Of a stretch of DNA of 64,000 nucleotides, positions 59,740 through 64,000 are shown one piece after another. A program made the translations under genes and the position numbers. The notes under the pieces are model-generated. The model ran no database searches and was not told where the DNA came from. It was given only the letters and a program-made list of their open reading frames with translations. The stretch spans positions 133,541 through 197,540 of the forward strand of contig JAQWFB010000001.1 in assembly GCA_028704635.1 (NCBI GenBank), written 5' to 3'. The stretch comes from Candidatus Shapirobacteria bacterium (lineage in GTDB: Bacteria > Patescibacteriota > Microgenomatia > UBA12405). Positions within the stretch are counted from its first letter, which is position 1. Each line of letters starts with the position of its first letter.

Positions 59740-60118
59740 TGTATAATTTTAATCCCTTAATATTTTTAAAGTGTTTAATATTTAATGTTGCTAATTCAGC
59801 CTTGTAAACAATAGCCGTCGCCGCAATTAAAGCATCAAAACCAGTCGCCTGTTTTTTCCTAATTAATTCTCCCGCCTTTTTCCCTATTTCTCCATCAACC
59901 ATCATTACTGTTATTGGTCTTAAAATTTTTTCTACATCATTCACTGATTGTTGATAATTCATACTTTCACCCATCCATAATTCTGTCAACACTATTGATG
60001 ATGTTCTTAATTCACATTTCCCCTCTTCAAAATTATCAACCAACCCATCAAAAAGACCTATTTTAAGCCTAATTTTTTCTATCAAAATTGAAGTATCTAT
60101 TATTACTAATTTCACCAT
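59726..60118 (-). CDS. vapC: PIN-domain ribonuclease toxin (VapC-like).
   Basis: MVKLVIIDTSILIE... PIN acidic residues. Overlaps the upstream antitoxin gene and the cysS 3' end. Confidence 0.7.
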   Translation of the reverse strand: MVKLVIIDTSILIEKIRLKIGLFDGLVDNFEEGKCELRTSSIVLTELWMGESMNYQQSVNDVEKILRPITVMMVDGEIGKKAGELIRKKQATGFDALIAATAIVYKAELATLNIKHFKNIKGLKLYNENL

Positions 60119-60381
60119 CCTTTATATTTCCTCGCTTTTGATTTTTTTCTAACTTCTAATACATCTGACCAATCAAATTTCGACAAATGTTTTACCGCCT
60201 CTTCCACCTCCAATCTATATTGGCCCCAATCAAACTTCTTTTCTTCATCCGGAACTAATTTAGCCACTACCACTCCATTTAATTTAACCTTTGTTATTTG
60301 TTTTTTATCTCTAGTCGCTGCCAATAAATCAAAAAAATTTTGCCTAGCTTTAGTAGCATTGATTATGACTGTCATAATCAA
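60112..60381 (-). CDS. Phd/YefM-family antitoxin.
   Basis: MIMTVIINATKARQNFFDLL.. YefM-like N-terminus. Translationally coupled to the PIN gene. Confidence 0.6.
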   Translation of the reverse strand: MIMTVIINATKARQNFFDLLAATRDKKQITKVKLNGVVVAKLVPDEEKKFDWGQYRLEVEEAVKHLSKFDWSDVLEVRKKSKARKYKGW

Positions 60382-60409
60382 GTGTACATTATGTACATAT
60401 AGTTGTCAA

Positions 60410-60895
60410 CTAAGTGATTTTACCCTTATATTCAGAAGTTTGCGACATTTGAGTATGGTCCGGTTGTTGTGTTTTTCTTTTATTTCCACCTTTATCTTTA
60501 TGATGTTTCGATGGTTGCATTAATTCAAGATTAACCATTTGATCTTGTCTTTCCATCTCCTTTTGTCTTTTTAAATTTTCCAATTCAATATTTCCTTTTT
60601 CTTCATCTTCTTTTTCTTTTTGGTGTCTTATTTTTTCCATTTCATTTTCCACCGATCTACCCGCTTGCCCGCCGAAGCCTTGGCGTAGGCGGGACATTTC
60701 TTCTTGTTTTTTCTTTTCATCTTCTCCTTTTTTTTGGGCTAATTCTTCATCACTCAATGGTTTAATATCTCCCAAAAGCTCTTTTGCTGTAATTACTGAT
60801 TCAGCGATTTTACCTGTTTCTTCCACTAACTTTTCCACCGTTTCCTGTCCTAATTGTTTAAACCCTTTTTTAAAATCATTTATAACCTGATTCAT
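60410..60895 (-). CDS. Hypothetical charged/coiled-coil protein.
   Basis: Lys/Glu-rich low-complexity protein. Contains a GC-rich hairpin patch (60668-60693). Confidence 0.4.
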   Translation of the reverse strand: MNQVINDFKKGFKQLGQETVEKLVEETGKIAESVITAKELLGDIKPLSDEELAQKKGEDEKKKQEEMSRLRQGFGGQAGRSVENEMEKIRHQKEKEDEEKGNIELENLKRQKEMERQDQMVNLELMQPSKHHKDKGGNKRKTQQPDHTQMSQTSEYKGKIT

Positions 60896-60901
60896 AATTT
60901 A

Positions 60902-61507
60902 TTATATCTCCCTTCGTCCTTCCATGGCTCGACTCAAAGTTGCCTGATCAGCATATTCCAAATCCGCTCCCATTGGTAAACCACTGCCAATTCGAGAAAT
61001 TTTAATATTATTTTTTCCTAAATTATCAATTTTTTTCTTAATATAAAGTGCCGTTGCTTCCCCTTCCATCGTCGGATTCGTCGCCAAAATAATTTCCATT
61101 TCGGCTTCGACCCTTTTTATTAATTCATCTATTTTTAAATCATCCGGACTCACATGTTCCAATGGATTCACTACTCCACCCAACACATGGTAAACACCTT
61201 TATATCCACCAATATTTTCAATTGCCATCACATCAATTGCTCTTTCCACCACACAAATTATTTTTTTATTTCTTTCTTTATCTTCACAAATCGAACAAAT
61301 TTCTCCTTCACAAACTGAAAAACATTCTTTACAGACTTTTACCTCTTTTTTAATTGCCAAAAGCGATCTAGCTATTTCCATTACATAAGATTCCGGTGTA
61401 TTAATTAAATAAAACACCAATCTACTGGCACTCTTTGGCCCAATTCCCGGTAATCTTTCAAACGCCGCAATTAAATTTTTAATACTCTTTGGTAATTCTG
61501 CTGCCAT
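60902..61507 (-). CDS. recR: Recombination protein RecR.
   Basis: HhH N-terminus, C4 zinc finger CKEC..C..C, Toprim domain. Confidence 0.9.
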   Translation of the reverse strand: MAAELPKSIKNLIAAFERLPGIGPKSASRLVFYLINTPESYVMEIARSLLAIKKEVKVCKECFSVCEGEICSICEDKERNKKIICVVERAIDVMAIENIGGYKGVYHVLGGVVNPLEHVSPDDLKIDELIKRVEAEMEIILATNPTMEGEATALYIKKKIDNLGKNNIKISRIGSGLPMGADLEYADQATLSRAMEGRREI

Positions 61508-61515
61508 TAGAAAAT

Positions 61516-61764
61516 TTAAAATAATCCTTCAAGTCCGCCCATATCTTTCATTCTCTTAGCTGCCATTTCTTGCGATTTTTTTAAAGCCTTATTGATAGTG
61601 TCCACTAAAATTTTATTTTCCACTCCATTCACCGATAAAAATTTAATTTTTTGGTCTCCAGTTACCGTCACTTTAATTCCACTTTCTTCAATTTCAATCG
61701 ACTCAGCCTCGATAGCTTTTTTTAATTTATAAGCCTGGGCTAACATTTTTGTTTTATCAAACAT
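61516..61764 (-). CDS. ybaB: YbaB/EbfC nucleoid-associated protein.
   Basis: ~82 aa. Conserved dnaX-ybaB-recR gene order. Confidence 0.7.
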   Translation of the reverse strand: MFDKTKMLAQAYKLKKAIEAESIEIEESGIKVTVTGDQKIKFLSVNGVENKILVDTINKALKKSQEMAAKRMKDMGGLEGLF

Positions 61765-61798
61765 AATTTAAATTAATTTTTAATAAACCTATTATAAC

Positions 61799-63367
61799 TT
61801 ATCCAAATATTTCTTTTGCTACATCATAAATATCTCCACCACCCGCCTTATCATCTTTATTTTCCGACAACTGATCACTCACATGTTCCATCGGCGTATC
61901 ATTTTTAATTACCAACGGTTGTTTTTTATTTTTTGCTAAAACACATTCAAACCCTAAATTCACTCCAAAAACCTTCGAAATTCCCTCTTCCACTATTTTT
62001 CTATTTTTACTTTCTTCTAATCGATCTTTGTGAAACGGATAAAAAACTTCCAATAATAAAATATTTCCTTTGACAGATTTGGGTCTAGTTGCTCTCAAAA
62101 ATGCTTCAACCGCATAATTAAAAGGCTTTACTGCGGTCAACAAATTCCCCCATTTCCCCTCAATCGTTTCTATTTCTAAAGAACAAATGTTTTGTGAATC
62201 TTGTAGAGACGCATCATGATGCGTCTCTACCTTAGTAATAATAATTTTTTCCTCAATTTTTGTTTCATTTACAATCTGCTCCGCAGATTCTTCTATTTCC
62301 TCATTTTTTTTTACCCCACTTCTTTTAGTCTCTCCAAACTCCACCACTGCCAATTCCATTGGTAATTGATCAATTTCTACATCTTTCTCAATTTTTGATG
62401 CCTTTATTAAAAGATTCATAAAAAACTCAGATTCTTCTAGATTTAACCCATTCTTCTTTGCAGAATTTGTAGAAATGCCATAAAATGCCAAAATTTTCTT
62501 TTGGAAAAAATTCATTAATTTCAACCTAAAACTGGAAAAATCCACTCCATCATCTGCCATCTTTTCCAACTTTTCCAAAATTAATTTTATTTCCCCATTA
62601 TTTAAATCCTTATCAAAATCTTCCTCATTATAATTACCACTTTTATCCAAATAAAATTTAAAAACATCCTCTGTTTTCAACTTCTTCCCCAATTGTAAAT
62701 ATAATTCATTAAAGTTTCTTTGCAGATTTCTAAAACTTCCGTCACTTTTTTCCACAATAAAATCAATTGCCTCTTTAGCAATTTCAATCCCCTCACCCTC
62801 AATTATTTTTTTAAGTGAACTTATTAATTCATTTCTTCCACCCTTTCTAAAATCAACTCTCACTAATCTCGATAAAACCGTATCTGGAATTTTTTCAGCA
62901 TCAGTCGTACATAAAACAAAAATTGTGTGTTTTGGTGGTTCTTCAATCAATTTTAGCAAGGCATTAAACGCATCTTTAGTTAACATATGCACTTCATCAA
63001 TAATAAAAACTTTTTTATTCAATTTACTTGGTAGTAAATACGCTTTATCTTTTAGACTTCTTATATCTTCAATTCCCCTGTTTGATGCCGCATCCATTTC
63101 AATCACATCCATTGCTCCGCCCTTAATTATTTCTTTACAATTATCACATTCTTCACAAGGTTCACCATTTTTTAAGTCAGTACAATTAACCGCCCTGGCT
63201 AAAATCCTAGCTGCTGACGTTTTTCCTGCCCCTTTAGGCCCAGAAAATAAAAACGATTGAGGAACATCTTTTGCCGACAAATATTTTTTCAAGCTCTCAG
63301 CCACATCAGCCAAATCCAAATCAGAAAATTTAACTGGTCTATATTTTAAGTGAAAAACTGACATCAA
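61799..63367 (-). CDS. dnaX: DNA polymerase III subunit gamma/tau.
   Basis: Walker A GPKGAGKTSAARILA, Zn module CxxC..C..C, SRC-type sensor, divergent C-terminal domain. Confidence 0.9.
   Translation of the reverse strand: MMSVFHLKYRPVKFSDLDLADVAESLKKYLSAKDVPQSFLFSGPKGAGKTSAARILARAVNCTDLKNGEPCEECDNCKEIIKGGAMDVIEMDAASNRGIEDIRSLKDKAYLLPSKLNKKVFIIDEVHMLTKDAFNALLKLIEEPPKHTIFVLCTTDAEKIPDTVLSRLVRVDFRKGGRNELISSLKKIIEGEGIEIAKEAIDFIVEKSDGSFRNLQRNFNELYLQLGKKLKTEDVFKFYLDKSGNYNEEDFDKDLNNGEIKLILEKLEKMADDGVDFSSFRLKLMNFFQKKILAFYGISTNSAKKNGLNLEESEFFMNLLIKASKIEKDVEIDQLPMELAVVEFGETKRSGVKKNEEIEESAEQIVNETKIEEKIIITKVETHHDASLQDSQNICSLEIETIEGKWGNLLTAVKPFNYAVEAFLRATRPKSVKGNILLLEVFYPFHKDRLEESKNRKIVEEGISKVFGVNLGFECVLAKNKKQPLVIKNDTPMEHVSDQLSENKDDKAGGGDIYDVAKEIFG
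62203..62230. repeat. 28-bp perfect palindrome inserted in-frame in dnaX; family member.
   Basis: GTAGAGACGCATCATGATGCGTCTCTAC encodes VETHHDASL(Q). Confidence 0.85.
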
Positions 63368-63413
63368 GAGATTAAACCAAAATAGCTAGCCTTTTACAAT
63401 AATCGCAAATGTA

Positions 63414-63776
63414 TCATTTCAACAAATTCTCAACCCCATGAACCAACCAACTATATAAAACAGTCTCTAAATCCGAATTTTGAAACTTCACTTCATACTT
63501 CAATTTTTGAGTACAAATCACAATATCTCCTAATCTAATTTTTCCATCCACATCTTTTTTCTTCGACATTGGAAATCCTAAAACCTGGGGAATATAAGAC
63601 ATGTTTCGATAATTAACATTCAAATCCTTTGCTTTTTTTCGTCCCACAAAATAAACACTCAATTCCACATCTTTTTTATAACCTTTCTCTTCAAGTGCCT
63701 TATTTGCCAACTCCTCTACTAGTCTGCTTTGTAGACCCCAATTCTTATTATGATTTATTAAAACCAAATTATCCAT
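63414..63776 (-). CDS. ybeY: YbeY-like protein (rRNA maturation endoribonuclease family) with a degenerate or truncated His triad.
   Basis: ..LNVNYRNMSYIPQVLGFP..LGDIVIC..LVHGVENLLK* matches the YbeY blocks but ends after the first His of HGxLHLxGYDH. Stop is TGA at 63411-63413. Confidence 0.5.
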   Translation of the reverse strand: MDNLVLINHNKNWGLQSRLVEELANKALEEKGYKKDVELSVYFVGRKKAKDLNVNYRNMSYIPQVLGFPMSKKKDVDGKIRLGDIVICTQKLKYEVKFQNSDLETVLYSWLVHGVENLLK

Positions 63777-64000
63777 TAATCTTTTCTTTTACTATTCTTG
63801 AAATAACTCCACCATCCACTGTTCCCCCTGTTTTAATCATCACTTCCTTCATAATCATTCCAAAATTATTACCCTTTTCAGCCACAACTTGTTCTACAAT
63901 TTCGGAAATTTTGTCTTCACTCATTTCCGCCGGCAAATATTCCTTGACCACTGAAATTTCATAATCTAATTGATCAACCAAATCCTGTCGTGAAGCTTTT
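63769..64000 (-). CDS. GatB/YqeY-domain protein, C-terminal part. The gene likely continues beyond the window end.
   Basis: ..EMSEDKISEIVEQVVAEKGNNFGMIMKEVMIKTGGTVDGGVISRIVKEKING matches the YqeY C-terminal region. Confidence 0.6.
   Translation of the reverse strand, partial: KASRQDLVDQLDYEISVVKEYLPAEMSEDKISEIVEQVVAEKGNNFGMIMKEVMIKTGGTVDGGVISRIVKEKING

Overview
This 64 kb window is AT-rich (roughly one-third GC), gene-dense chromosomal DNA with short intergenic spacers and small genes. It uses the standard genetic code (TGA is a stop, e.g. at 63411-63413), and no rRNA or CRISPR is present. The gene content suggests a reduced-genome bacterium, plausibly a Patescibacteria/CPR-type lineage. That assignment is inference only: it rests on a type IV pilus locus with many pilins and no secretin, a minimal LspA, a short class-I release factor and a short DNA pol III delta'.

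Main contents:
- A large minus-strand type IV pilus locus (6945-16943): pilB, pilT, pilC, a major pilin followed by intrinsic terminators, a prepilin peptidase, and nine further pilin-like genes. Immediately downstream on the same strand lies a 1125-aa cysteine-rich secreted protein with tandem repeat modules (167-3544).
- Housekeeping genes: ligA, pth, gyrB/gyrA, dnaB, dnaX-ybaB-recR, rpsF-ssb-rpsR, cysS, hisS, rpmE, a short RF1-like release factor, htrA, ctpA, pta and yebC.
- A MacAB-like ABC efflux module.
- Three tRNAs: Ala-CGC, Leu-CAA, and His-GTG with a genome-encoded G-1.

Most unusual signals:
1. A family of 28-36 bp GC-rich perfect palindromes (GTAGAGACG-N10-CGTCTCTAC type) inserted in-frame, all in the same reading frame, into four unrelated essential genes (pth, ligA, dnaX, pilD).
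2. A second hairpin family (7-bp GC stem, loop TCTTGTG/CACAAGA) found twice inside an IS200/RAYT-like Y1-transposase gene, once in degenerate form just upstream of it, and once inside pilD. This suggests a REP/RAYT-type system whose elements land inside coding sequences.
3. A tyrosine-recombinase plus PP2C-like two-gene module bracketed by a ~20-bp direct repeat, next to an 860-bp repeat-containing non-coding region.
4. A 39-bp motif that is near-identical upstream of hisS and the release factor, with its 3' end also upstream of a ferredoxin-thioredoxin fusion gene.
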